A stretch of DNA of 46,069 nucleotides, counting the filler, from Sphacelaria rigidula (taxonomy: Eukaryota): NCBI GenBank assembly GCA_964200075.2. It is 2 parts of 2 records of this genome, joined end to end, with 100 filler letters (N's around TTAATTAATTAA, not from the genome) between each part and the next. Parts side by side here need not be neighbours in the genome. Positions count along the whole stretch, not along the records: positions 1 to 22,987 come from CAXNAA020000293.1; 1 more part is not named here. One strand, written 5' to 3'. The position numbers were made by a program, and so were the translations under genes. Of the stretch, positions 11,215 through 22,305 are shown one piece after another; the stretch's first letter is position 1, and every line of letters starts with the position of its first letter. Under the pieces are notes generated by a model that was not told the origin of the DNA, did not search any database, and saw only the letters and a program-made list of their open reading frames with translations.

Positions 11215-13540
11215 ATACTGTTTGGCAAGAGAAAAAGTAGGAAGGGAGGGAGAACACCACCGAGTCACTTTAAAACAGAGCGCGAGCAAGGAGTGGGGAA
11301 TGATGGAATCGAGTACGGTGTCGGCATGGGTTAGAAGAGTAGGGCGGAGAGTATGCATAGCTAATGGAACAACAAACCTAGAACGTCCACGGGTAAACGA
11401 AGGGGGAGAGAGGCAGGAACAAGTAAGTGCCCAGAGGGCGAAGGGTAGGGGGCGTAGCGGCCAGGAGAAAATAGACCATGACCACACCGGAAACGAGAGG
11501 AAGAATTAAGCAAGGAAACGTGAAAGTGAGGGCGACGGATAACAGTAGACAACAGGAGATCAGATGATGTTTCGGAAATGGCGTTTAGGAAAGGATTGTT
11601 GAAAGTGTGTGGATCTGTCACAGACAGGCCCAAAAGAAAAGAGATGGCGCAACAAGTGAGTAAACGCGACCTGGTTATAGTAGGAATCCAAGAGTCATGG
11701 GAGAAAGAGGGGGCGGAAATAGGATGCAAAGTTGAAGAGTACGCATGGATAGCGAAGGAGCGGAAGGGACAGAAACCCAAGGGCAGAGGAGCGGGGGGAG
11801 TGGGGTTTTGAGTCAAGCAATATCTGTGTGACAGTATAGAAGTGATTGACAACACGAAATTCAACGAGAGCGTATGGCTAATTGTACGAGGGGAGCGGGG
11901 AACGAAGGACTTCTTCGTAGGCAACATCTACAGGCCTCCATAATCGAAGAGTAGGGTGAACGATATACAGCGTAGGTTGGAGAGATGGCAGCAGATGGAC
12001 ATGATTATAAAAGGCAAGGAGACGTGATGTTAGTGGGAGATTTCAATGCAAGGGTAGGAAGAGTAGGTCAATTGGATTATATCATTGGGCAATATGAGGA
12101 AGATGAGAAGAACGCGAGTGGGGAAGAAATGCTCAAGTTCCTTGAGCATAACAAGATGAAGGAGCTAGACGATGAAGCACGAAAGTCAGAGGTGCAATAA
12201 ACATGGACTAGAGACTGAAAAAACGAGATAAAATGCTCCGGTCTTGACTATATAGTGGTGGATCATGGAAATAGTGAAGAAATGGAAGTGCATGTGTGCG
12301 CGGAAGACGTGGGAATCACAGATCATTGCCTGATATGGACAGAAAGCCAACAGACGAGAGCTACGAGTAAACAAAATACGCGGGGTAGAAAGGTGTACGA
12401 ATTGCAAACCGATAACCCATATATGGAGGAAAAACGGCAAGACTTCTACGAAGAGATGGCCAAAAATGCCGTGAAATTTTCCGAGCTGTTGGAACGCGTA
12501 AGTACAGTTGATACCGAAACGAACAAAAATCGGGCAGGAGCGAAGGTTGTAGAAGGATGGGAGCAGTTGGTCAACAACACAGCGAGTAAAGTCCTAGGGA
12601 AGAAGCTGATCGTATGCAACAGAGCAGTAGAATTGTGGGATGAAAAAGTAAAATAGGCTAAAGGAGTCAGGAGAGACACCCACGCGAGATGGATATCGAG
12701 TAAAACTACAGCAGGATGGGAGGAGTATGCTAAAGCTCGGAAGGAAGTAAAAAGGAAGGTACTGCAGAAAAATAAGGGAGAGGGAGAAAAAGTAGTGAAA
12801 AAAACAAATGAAGATATCGATTGCAAGATGAAGGGAATGTGGGTAGGGATAATAGCGATCATGGTAAACGAGGCAGGAAAGATGAACAAGAGGATAGCCA
12901 CACTCCGGGCACAAAACGGTAAAATGGTTAGTACTTCGAAGGGGAAGACAGGAGTGCTAGTCGAGCTCTATCGTAAACTAGGAATACCAAAAACAACCCA
13001 TGGACTTAAATATGGAATTCGAAAAAAAATTAACGCGTGGGCAGAGGCAAATATAAAGGCGCCAAAATGGGAGGATAGTGGCCCGAAAGAGATGCAGAGA
13101 GAGTTACCAGAACAAAGGAGTGCGTCGCTAAACTCAAGAACAAAAAGGCAGCAGGGTCAGAAGAAATCATGGATTAGTTTCCAAAGGGCAGGGGAGAGGG
13201 AATGAGTTTCATGATGGTAATGCTGCATAACTGGATATGGGAAAACGAGTACACACCCAAGAGGTGGGGAGAAGGAGTAGTCGTCAACCTTTTTCAAGAA
13301 CAGACAAAACTGACCCAGGAAATTATAAAGGCTTAATGCTATTGAGCACAGTAGAGAAAACATTCCGTAGCGTCTGAACGAAAGAGAAAATCCGCGAGGG
13401 GCAAGCAGGATTTAGACCAAACCGTCGTTGCGTAGACCATGTATACACACTGGATAATATTTTTCAGGGTAGGAAAGACACCCGACTGACAACGCGCTGT
13501 TTCTTTCTGGACGTGCTAAAGGACTATGACACAACATAGA
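11215..13540 (+). mobile_element. Decayed LINE, part 1: APE endonuclease and RT N-terminus
   Basis: APE motifs IVGIQESW, GGVGF, VGNIYRPP, VGDFNARVG, LDYIV, TDHCLI. RT motifs PGNYKGLMLLS, QAGFRPNRRCVDH, FLDVLKDYD. Many stops and frameshifts. Confidence 0.93.
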
Positions 13541-14885
13541 TTAGCCTTCGTTCCCCGTCCTTCAACGAAGGCCATGACCGGTCTTGTCGGTAGGGTGTGG
13601 GGAGGGTCTCTCCGGCGGGTGTAGGGCCGGAGTCACCTTCAAGGAGTGGTTCCTCCTCGCTACCATCCTTGGCCAAGGCCGTGGTGTGGTGTCAGAATTG
13701 GGTCAGCACGGTGCTCATAAGACACATCCACCCCTGTTGCAATGAAGCATGATACGTCAAGACCCTGAGTGCGGGCATATCCTTCGTTATAAGCAATGTA
13801 ATGTGCAACACCCCTAGCGCGGGCGTGTTGGGATTCGGTTTGTGCCCGGAGGCAGATGACAGCGCTGTCGGAAGCTGGCACGCACACCTTGGATACAAGG
13901 GAGCGTGTACCGGTGTGTAGACTGGTTTCGGCGACAAGGATGGATGAGGAGCGGTTGTCGACGGACGGGTTAGGTCTGGTTGAGCGTCCTGGACGAAACG
14001 CTTACTACGGACAAGAACCAGAGTGCATAACGAAGGAATAAGTGTTTCATCACGAAATAAAGCAGAGGGGGCACTGTTTGGGATCATGGACACCGGCGAG
14101 GACGGGTGGTTGGGTTGACGATGGACGCTGGTGAGGACAGATGGGAGCGTCAGGAGGTTAACTTCAAAGAGGACCTTGAGAGAGCAGGCGGCTAGTTTGG
14201 TTGAGAGTGGAATGTTTTCGTTCTGTTGAGTTTTTGATAAAGTTGTTCGTTGTGGATACTACGTACAGATGGTATCCCATGTTTTTATGGTTGAATATAG
14301 ACACTGTGCACAGACTCTGTTTTTTGCTGATAGCGCTTTGCCGTGTGAAGGCTAGACACGCCCTGTCTGTTGTGTGTTCATGACGATGCTACTTGACCAG
14401 CCTAGAACCCAACGGAGATCATAGTTCCTGGCTTTCCCTTCTCGTTGCTATCGACTCTTCCCTTCCTTTCTGTCTTTTTTAGATCTTCAAATCTGATGTT
14501 GTAGAGTCTCCAGTGCGCAGGCTCTGTAGAGAATATCCTTGATAGCACTCCAGACAGTAGATCTATTTTGGGATTGGTCTCTGTTCTACGCGACAGTTTC
14601 GATTATCGGTTCACTCCCTGTTACTACTGTGTATACACCAATACGTGGCAAGGTAGTCGGAGAGATCGCACGCGGGGACTCTTAAGATTCCAGTAGCCCC
14701 CCTGTAGTTCGATCTCTTATACGGATCTGTTGTCGTGTGGGTACCCTTGTTCCGGTAGTTGTTCTGTTCCTTACCTTCCTCTGCGGGCTGTTCGATTTAT
14801 GGGGTATGGGTGGTATGCTCCTTGCACTCTGTGACTACGGGTTCGAGAGAACGGGCTAATGTGAGTGATAATATAATAATAATAA
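13541..14885 (+). mobile_element. ~1.35-kb ORF-less insertion with (AAT)n tail inside the LINE RT
   Basis: Interrupts the RT between ...DYDT and LW...GIREKM and ends in AAT repeats. Its 3' ~50 nt are shared with the element at position 1. No long ORF and no clear TSD. Confidence 0.75.
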
Positions 14886-16255
14886 CAATGTATGTGTAGG
14901 TTATGGAAGCAAAGATATGAACGGGGATCAGAGAAAAGATGTAGAGAATGGTAAAGATGACAGAATGTTCCAAAAGTGCTGTGATGCTAGACGAAGAAAA
15001 ATCGAAACATTTTGATATTTTACAAGGAGTTGCACAAGGATGTACGTCATCACCCATTTTGTTGGAGGTATTCATTCATGACCTGATGATGAAAATGGGA
15101 GCAGCAAAGCAAGGGGTCAAGGTGTGCAAAAATATGGGATCAGCATTGAGGTTCGCGGATGATTTTGTGGGGATTTCAAAAACAGCACAAGGATTACAGA
15201 AACAGATGGAGAAGGCGCTGGAATACACTAGGAAATGGAGAGTGACAGCGAACTTGAGCAAATGCGCGGTACTCGTCTCTGACGAAGTTGAAAGACTATC
15301 CGGCAGAGTTCAAATGGAAGTGAGGAGAAAACGAAATGCCGATCGTAGACCAGTATACATATCTTGACGTGGTGATCTCAAAAAACTGTTCTTGGGACGC
15401 ACACATGAATTAAGTAATAGAAATATTGGCAGGATGTACGTGATCCTCAGAGACTCGCACCTAGACACTAGGATTCAGATATGCATCCTGATGAACGTGG
15501 TTGTACCCAAGCTGGAATATGCAGGAGAGGTACGGGAGAGGAACGTGAAGTTGGTGGACGGGTTGGAAACAGTACAGATGGCAGCAGCTAAAAAGATATC
15601 TGGATGCTCGAAAACAACGAGTAATAAAGCACCGAGAGCAGAGTTGGGAATGTACTCACTCAAGACAAACAGAGACATGAGGAAATTATGGTGGCAATAT
15701 ACCGTAAAGACCATGCAGCGAAAGAGATCGCCAGCTGTAGTTGATGGGGCTGTATGAAAGAAAAGTACGAAAGGGAAGGCTGGAATAAGGTGGGATCAAG
15801 AAGTCGAGATAGTATGGAAGGAGATGGGAGGAAACCAAGACGAAATACTGGCCAGAGGTGAAGATGCGGGATACGAGGCAAAAGTAAGAGATATGGTGGA
15901 ATTAAGGGGAAGAGGAGCGCTCAGACGCAAGGTGGACGAGGAAGAACACCTGAAGATACACGGGAGGTTGAGAGAGGATCGGCATGAAAGCATATCTGCA
16001 TGGCCCAATGGGCGCGGTGAAATATTTGAAACTGCGATTTCGGGTGGGGGACCTAGACCTGCCAGAAAGAAGAAAGATATATACCAGCCATCGAAAGGAG
16101 GAGGAGGTAGATGGACAGAACTGTCCTGTGGCGAAGGAATAGAGAGCAGAAGTCATGTAGTGACACAATGTGAACTATACAAGGAGGTACGGGACGTGCT
16201 AGAGAGGGAAATGCGGGACGTGAACAAAGGTGGCATGAAATCGTTTGACGCATTA
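14886..16255 (+). mobile_element. Decayed LINE, part 2: RT core and C-terminal region
   Basis: QGVAQGCTSSPIL, FADDFV, YTYL, PKLEYA, RAELG and a C-terminal C...ESRSHVVTQC knuckle remnant. Frameshifted. Confidence 0.93.
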
Positions 16256-18857
16256 CGAGCTGGGCCAGCCTAGCGGCGGATTTGAAGTTTTCAGGCCCTT
16301 GCGCCGGCCAATAGTTGGAGTTGGGGCGTGGAATTTGCAATAAACAATGCCTAGAGAAATGAAGGAATAAAATACGTCGGTACCATTTTTTTTTCATAAG
16401 TTGAGGGCATTTTACTGATACCTGAAAACTGATCATTGCCCTCAACTCATGGAGAGAAGCAAAAACCCTTTTGGTACCGAGCGTAACTTTTTTGTGCTCT
16501 ATGCATTGTCCGTATAAAATTTTACGCTCCAACTCTGAATATTGGCCGGCGCATTCGCTTTTGAAAAACCGGGTCGGTAAAAATCGTAACAGTATTTCGC
16601 AGGCCACTCACCATCCCACGTTTGGTTTTAAGTATTGAAATTTTGGGTGGGTCCTCGCTAGGACACAATTTACCAAGCTCAGCGGGCCTGTTTTTCACGA
16701 GAACGCCGTAATCTCTATGAAGTGAAGAAAATGAAGGCATCTTTATTATTTTTATTCGGCACACCTTCGTGATTCTCCATGCTAAGTCTCAAATCACAAT
16801 TCCAAAAATTTAGCTACAAATATGAGATGAGGCCTAACAGCATTCTTCATTTCACCTCAAAACTCCGCTAAAAACACGAGAAAGCTATTTTGTTTATTTT
16901 ATTTAGTATGCACTAGCGGTTCTTCATACGAAATTTCATACAGGCTGGGTCACGTTGATCACCCAAAAAACACTCATCGGCAAAACCTCACGCCGTTGTA
17001 AGGAGTTAGACCCTGAAGTTGTGCACGAATGCTCTATGGGTAATTACGCCACTTTTGAAGGTCGTTTTTTTTTACTTTTTACTTTTTCACCGTTATTTGG
17101 GGGAAATTACGACCCAATCGGACCCCCGTAAAACGGTAAGAAGAAATGGAAACCCCGTTCATCCGAAGTTGCGTAACGACCCAAAGCACAGTTGTACAAA
17201 ATTTCAGGTTCTAACTCCTTAAAGCGGCGCGAGATTTTTCGCGTTTGTGCGATGAACTTTGCGTTGCCGCGCTGAAACCGCAAACTACTCGATTCAAGGA
17301 CCAAAACGGCGTTTTTGGGCCTTCCTTGACGTGAACATGGAAGTTCAAGCATCAGTTGATCGAGTTTTGCGACGAAGATTTATGGAGCCCATCCTTGGGT
17401 TATGCGGAGGCAGATATCTCGCAGAAAATCAAGAACAAATATCGTAGTGCCGTTTTTCTGGGGTCCCAAAATAGGGACTACTTCGAAAAACGGCTTCGAT
17501 CCCGTCGGACTCCCGAAAAACGGTGGAAAACTCGAGAAGAAAACATTGTCGATAGAAAGTTGCGTAATGATACGAAGCATATTTATGCAAAATTTCAGGA
17601 TCTAACTCCTAATAACAGCGTGAAAGTTCGCGCGTTTGTGGAGGACGTGGGCTTGAAACATGCAACTCCTAACTACTTGGTTTTATTATGGGAACGTCTT
17701 CGGGTTAATTTGACGTCAAGGCAAAACAAACTGTGTGAGGTTCGAGTTTCTCCACCAAACTTTGTACATGTGTTTCTTGGTCTCTCCCGGGACGCACCAT
17801 TTCATTATTTGTTTTGAGAGCATTCTGTACCGCCTTCCGGGGGTCTTCATGCTGGGACCCCCGGAAGCCAGTAGAGAACGGAGAAAACACTATATATTGT
17901 CAAGGAGACAATTTTTCCATTTTCAGCATCAATACCTACGGAACTGCCGAGGTTGAGGGCGATCTGAGCTTTTCTACAACAGAAATAGGGGACACCGTCA
18001 CGAGGCTCCCTGGGTCTTTCGTGCGGATCATTGGTGGAAATTAGACGACGCCAGCACCCGACATCACCGAAACATTACGGTTTCGGGTACAATTCGACCC
18101 CCGTAGTAACCATTTAAATATTGTGATTTTCTCGTGAGATTCCCGTGTCGATGACCGTTACTACGATTTGAAGCATGTAGATATTGGGTGAAAATTGGGC
18201 TTGCTATTCGTCATTTCGATCTCGGAGCAGTTTTGAAGGGCGCTGATTGACTGAGACACATTTTCGTCCATAGCGCCGCCGGTACGGCCTTGAACAAAAA
18301 TCCGGCTATGTCGCCCTCTTCGTCTCCCCATTGCGGTCAGTATGACAACATATATGCGACTATTGGGTGCGTATTGCAGAAGGCATTTGCTGATGACACA
18401 ATCTTGGGTGATCACCGTGAATCAGCCTGTAGCACAACTGTCAAAAACTGAGACGCGATATCCAGATTTTGGGCATCTAGTGCGTCTACTCGTAATATAC
18501 TCATATAGTATGGAAACCCATGTGCACCATATCTCGAGATAGATGACGAATTAGGTAAAGGTGAAGGTATCTATCGTCTCCCCGTTCTCCAGGGAAGGTC
18601 TCAACCAAAGTCATCATCCGCTGAATACGTCGATCGGGATTTCATATAGATTTTAGTGTGGATGTTATCTCCGTATGGTATAGGAATCACTAGACATGGG
18701 GTTTAATCAACGAGAAAAAGTTGGCCCAAATTTTCTGCAGATGGCGCCTTCCCCTTGGTTGGACGATTAATGCGATATGCGGATCACGGCCCAACCGTCT
18801 GTGTCGATGAGATATTGCTTTTAGAGCTGAAATCCGCTTTTAGGCTGGCACAGCTCG
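16256..18857. mobile_element. Non-autonomous TA-flanked TIR element (Tc1/mariner-type, family A) inserted in the LINE
   Basis: TA|CGAGCTGGGCCAGCCTA ... TAGGCTGGCACAGCTCG|TA. The LINE frame FDAL resumes as DIWEKT after excision. Paralogue at 30835-31874. Confidence 0.9.
16941..18429. mobile_element. Nested TA-flanked TIR element (family B) inside family A
   Basis: TA|CAGGCTGGGTCACGTTGATCACCCA ... TGGGTGATCACCGTGAATCAGCCTG|TA. Absent from the paralogue (empty site GAAATTTCATAGC at ~31444-31456). Internal ~80-bp repeats at 17166 and 17557, inverted partial copy near 17000. Confidence 0.9.
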
Positions 18858-19118
18858 TAGATATTTGGGAAAAAACGATGGTGAAACTAGGAGATAGATG
18901 GCGGCCACAGACGGCGAAACAGGACGGGGAGAAGATATGTTCAAGGTTCTTGTGTCATGTATGGAAGAAACCTCATGAGCACCTAAATGTTGGAGGTGTC
19001 TCTATTAGGAGTAGAAACGGTACTGCGTCTCGAAAGGGATGCGCGGTCAATGGTCAAACGACTAAGGCAAGCAGCAAATGAGTACGCCCCCCCCTCTCCC
19101 CCCTTCTCCCCCCCCCCG
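18858..19118 (+). mobile_element. Decayed LINE, part 3: ORF2 C-terminus and C-rich tail
   Basis: DIWEKTMVKLGDRW...NVGGVSIRSRNG...KASSK* ends at TGA 19081, followed directly by GTACG and a C-rich tract. Confidence 0.88.
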
Positions 19119-19120
19119 CT

Positions 19121-19667
19121 CATCGGCAGGTCTACTGTTCAACTTGCGCCACGCTCGTATTGCGAGACCGAAGAGCGAGCTGCCCGCAGATCCCACAGGC
19201 AGAAGGTATTCAAGTTTTCGCGAGTGCGACGTCGGCGCGCAGTATACTCCTCGTCGCTTGCCTCCTGGTGGTGTTGAACTATTAACTTCGGAGAATATTG
19301 TGGAAACTGTCTGTCATCTCCCTTCCGTGTCTGGGGACAGTTATCAAATGTTTCCATCCCCCAGCATACGAGCATTGATTCTTCGCTCCGTACTCACCAT
19401 CATGCTGCTCGTCATCGTGTGTGTGCGTATGTTCTTGTTCACGTGGTCCAGCGGCTTCTTCGGAGATTCCATCGGCAGCAACGCAGAAAAGGGCACGGAA
19501 GACGCTCGATTGGGCGATGACAACCCAACCGCAGATATTGAGGGGTGCGTGTCGATGAAACCATGAAAACTTGCGCGGGCGCGCGGTAGATTGCTCCGGG
19601 ATTCGAACCCCACAACTCAACCGTCAGAAGGTTATGAGGTTACCAACTGAGCCACAGGGGCGACCGG
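19121..19667 (-). mobile_element. tRNA-derived SINE (same head as 21997-22305, different body); 3' boundary approximate
   Basis: Minus strand CCGGTCGCCCCTGTGGCTCAGTTGGTAACC...GGGTTCGAATCCC contains Pol III A and B boxes. Confidence 0.7.
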
Positions 19668-19726
19668 CAGAACAGCCATCGTTATTGCGTTACTGTTTAA
19701 TGCATCAAACGATTTCATGCCGCCGG

Positions 19727-19950
19727 GTGGGGGGGGAGGGGGGGGGGCGTACTCATTTGTTGCATGCCTTGGTCGTTCGACCATTGACCACGCATCCCTT
19801 TCGAGACGGAGTGGGGAGGGGGAGGGGGGGTAACTTATTTGTTGCTCACCTTATTCGTTTGGCCATTGATCATCCATCCCTTTCGAGACGGAGCACTGTC
19901 CCTACTCCTAATAGGGACATGTTCAACATTTCGGTGCTCATTCCATTTCT
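19727..19950 (-). mobile_element. Two tandem 3'-end fragments of the C-tract LINE family
   Basis: GTACTCATTTG...CCATTGACCACGCATCCCTTTCGAGACGGAG and ...CCATTGATCATCCATCCCTTTCGAGACGGAGCAC...TTCAACATT are reverse complements of the LINE 3' end. Each is preceded by a G-run on the + strand. Confidence 0.85.
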
Positions 19951-20384
19951 CGCGCGGGAGAGGGAGGGATGACAATATCTGCCTTGGAAGGAAATGTTGC
20001 CTGTGACACATACTGACTTGCATATGTCATACAGTTATTTGAGCAAGCGCGTCTGCTCGTCTGCCTCAAACCCTGGGCACGAGGATGACAATTGACGGGG
20101 TATGCACTAATATTGCGGGAGAAATGCGGTAGAGGAGGAAGGCTCAAGATTGAAAGTGCTCGGGTGTACTGCTGCAGATAGACTTGGATATTGACCTCGA
20201 AAACGTGCCCTGCTGATAGTTTAGGCAAATAACGTGTTGTATTTATGGTCAATGCTACAATATATCATGATCCACGCTACTACTGTTTATTACAGCGAGA
20301 CTATCGTACGCCAGACTTTGCGTGAGTCTTCGATGCAATGCTGGATTTCATTTTCGATTGTGACGGCAATGATTCCTTTTGCAG

Positions 20385-20511
20385 GTTCTCGGCGGTTGAG
20401 AGAGTACCCGGTCTGTACTCGGCATTGCTTAATAGTGCGGATGCCATGGATGCCAACGATATCACGGGCGTTAGAGGCCCAAAGCAGAGCTGCTTCGTGG
20501 ACATCGAAAAG
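20385..20511 (+). CDS. TBC Rab-GAP exon (FSAVERVPGLYSALL...CFVDIEK)
   Basis: TTTTGCAG acceptor, AAG|GTAACA donor. Supplies the Ixx of the IxxDxxR arginine finger. Confidence 0.9.
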
Positions 20512-20951
20512 GTAACACGCTGTCCCTTGTCTTCGCGTGCACGGTATGGGAGTATTTCGCTCCTATTCCTCACTGGTTGTGTAACATATTTGCTCAATTG
20601 GCATGTTTGGCCATGAATGGTGTGTACTGTCGCACTCATTCCGTTCCATTCTGGGGTCTAGGGAATGGAGGAACCGTGGCCGCAACGCCAGTAAATCAAT
20701 ACCTAACGCATAAGTAGAAGTAGGGACTTGGTTTCTCGGGCCATTCCGTTGTGTATCGTTGCCATGCTTCTGGAGTACGTATTTTGATGCTTGTCTTGTG
20801 CTCGCGAATTTCGCCCCCCTGACTCCGCTTCCCGAAGCTTCGCTAGACTGGTTCATGTGCACGACCCGGAGTGCTCCTGTGCTCGATTTTTTCCTCCCAC
20901 ACTATGCCCCACACACCACCCTGCCGTCATTTTGCTTGTCTGCTGTGTCAG

Positions 20952-21047
20952 GATTTACAACGGACACTGGGCATGACAGATGTGACGGCGCTGCGAAACG
21001 TACTCCGCTGTATATCCACTTTCGTGCCCGACGTAGGATATGTCCAG
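20952..21047 (+). CDS. TBC Rab-GAP exon (DLQRTLG...LRNVLRCISTFVPDVGYVQ)
   Basis: CAG acceptor, CAG|GTGCGT donor, 96 nt, phase 0/0. Contains the DxxR and GYxQ catalytic motifs. Confidence 0.95.
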
Positions 21048-21246
21048 GTGCGTCTCACATCAGACTCCACCCCGCCCGACATGATACGTCCCGACCCGCG
21101 ATTGCCCGGGCCTACCCCTGCAACCCGCACTGTGTAAAACCAAACGATACCTCCAACGCAACACTTGACCCGCCTCTTGCATCACGTTTTTCGTGTCGGT
21201 CAAACCGGGGGTGGTGGGTGGGATCTACCCCGTTTTTTTCTTGCAG

Positions 21247-21383
21247 GGCATGAACTTCGTGTGCAGATGCTTGCTGCAGGTGTACGACGATGAAGAGGAG
21301 GCGTTTTGGGTGTTCGTCGGAATGCTGCAAAAGTTTGGTTTGCGCAGGCTTTATTGCCCGGGCATGCCCCTCTTGCGTCTCAG
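21247..21383 (+). CDS. TBC Rab-GAP exon (GMNFVCRCLL...EEEAFWVF...LYCPGMPLLRL); downstream exons not found before the gap
   Basis: TTGCAG acceptor, CAG|GTGCGA donor. GMN, EEEAFW and YxPGM are typical TBC motifs. Confidence 0.95.
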
Positions 21384-21996
21384 GTGCGAAGCATGTCACG
21401 GTCATTACTCCAACATGACAGTTCGCGACACGGCTGGTAGAAACCAAGTTCTCAAGATGACCCATCTAGGTATGCACTTCGTTGCACTCGAGCACTCTCG
21501 TGGCTGTGCAGTGGGATCGTGGGGTGCGTTGCCTTGCTACATACTCAACTTCACTGCACTTTGCTGTGGTGCGGTTCATCGTACAGTAGTCCTGCAGAGA
21601 CTCCACACACTGGCACGTACCTGCTACAATTACTGCTCTTAATAGCAGTAGGCCATAACATTTGTACGCGACGTCAAATAATATTGAGGTCACTCTCTAC
21701 ACCTGAAACCTATTTCATACAAAACTGTTTCACATCAGACCGTCGGCAGGGCAGGCACCGCACAAGCAACCAAGAGGTTTCGAGAGGTGAGCCCATTGGG
21801 AACCCTCCCCTTCCGTCCCCGGGCCAGACGCCTCATTATTTTAAGTCCTGACAAAGAAGAAAGCATGGGAACAGAAAGATCGACGACAACCATTTGCGCG
21901 GCGAAAGGTCACAGAAGAATCCACCAGCAAAGATGCAACGGATCACGTCTGTCCTAGTTTGTGCACACAAGCAAAATCAGCACTTGCGCGCTTGAA

Positions 21997-22305
21997 GTAT
22001 ATGTGTCGGAGTGTTGTCCCATCTGTTCTGGACGCCGGTCTACACCTTTCGGTATATGTGGGCGCACCAGCCGGGGTCACACAGAAGGAAGGCCAACACA
22101 GGTGTTTTTTTTTATCGCGAAAGGGGTTCAGCAGTCCCTTTCCGTCGTCGTCCGTTGAGGCGACTCTTGTGTACCCACGACATGGCCACTCTCCACTGTG
22201 GAGCATTGTGTGAGAAACAAATCCCGGATCGCTCTGAGATTCGAACTCACGAACCAACCGTCAGGAGGATTCGCGGTTACCAACTGAGCCACCGGGGCGA
22301 CCGGT
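21997..22305 (-). mobile_element. tRNA-derived SINE
   Basis: Minus strand ACCGGTCGCCCCGGTGGCTCAGTTGG (A box)...GAGTTCGAATCTC (B box). Body matches the + strand copy at 44905-45215. Possible TSD ACAAGCAAAA(A)TC at ~21967 and ~22311. Confidence 0.85.

Noticed and set aside
19078..19566. 162-aa ORF with a hydrophobic segment
   Set aside because: Lies over a LINE C-tail and the antisense of a SINE body.
22235..22305. tRNA gene candidates (also 19590-19667, 1708-1772, 24950-25012)
   Set aside because: Acceptor and anticodon stems do not form. Two are attached to longer repeat bodies, so these are SINE heads or pseudo-tRNAs.
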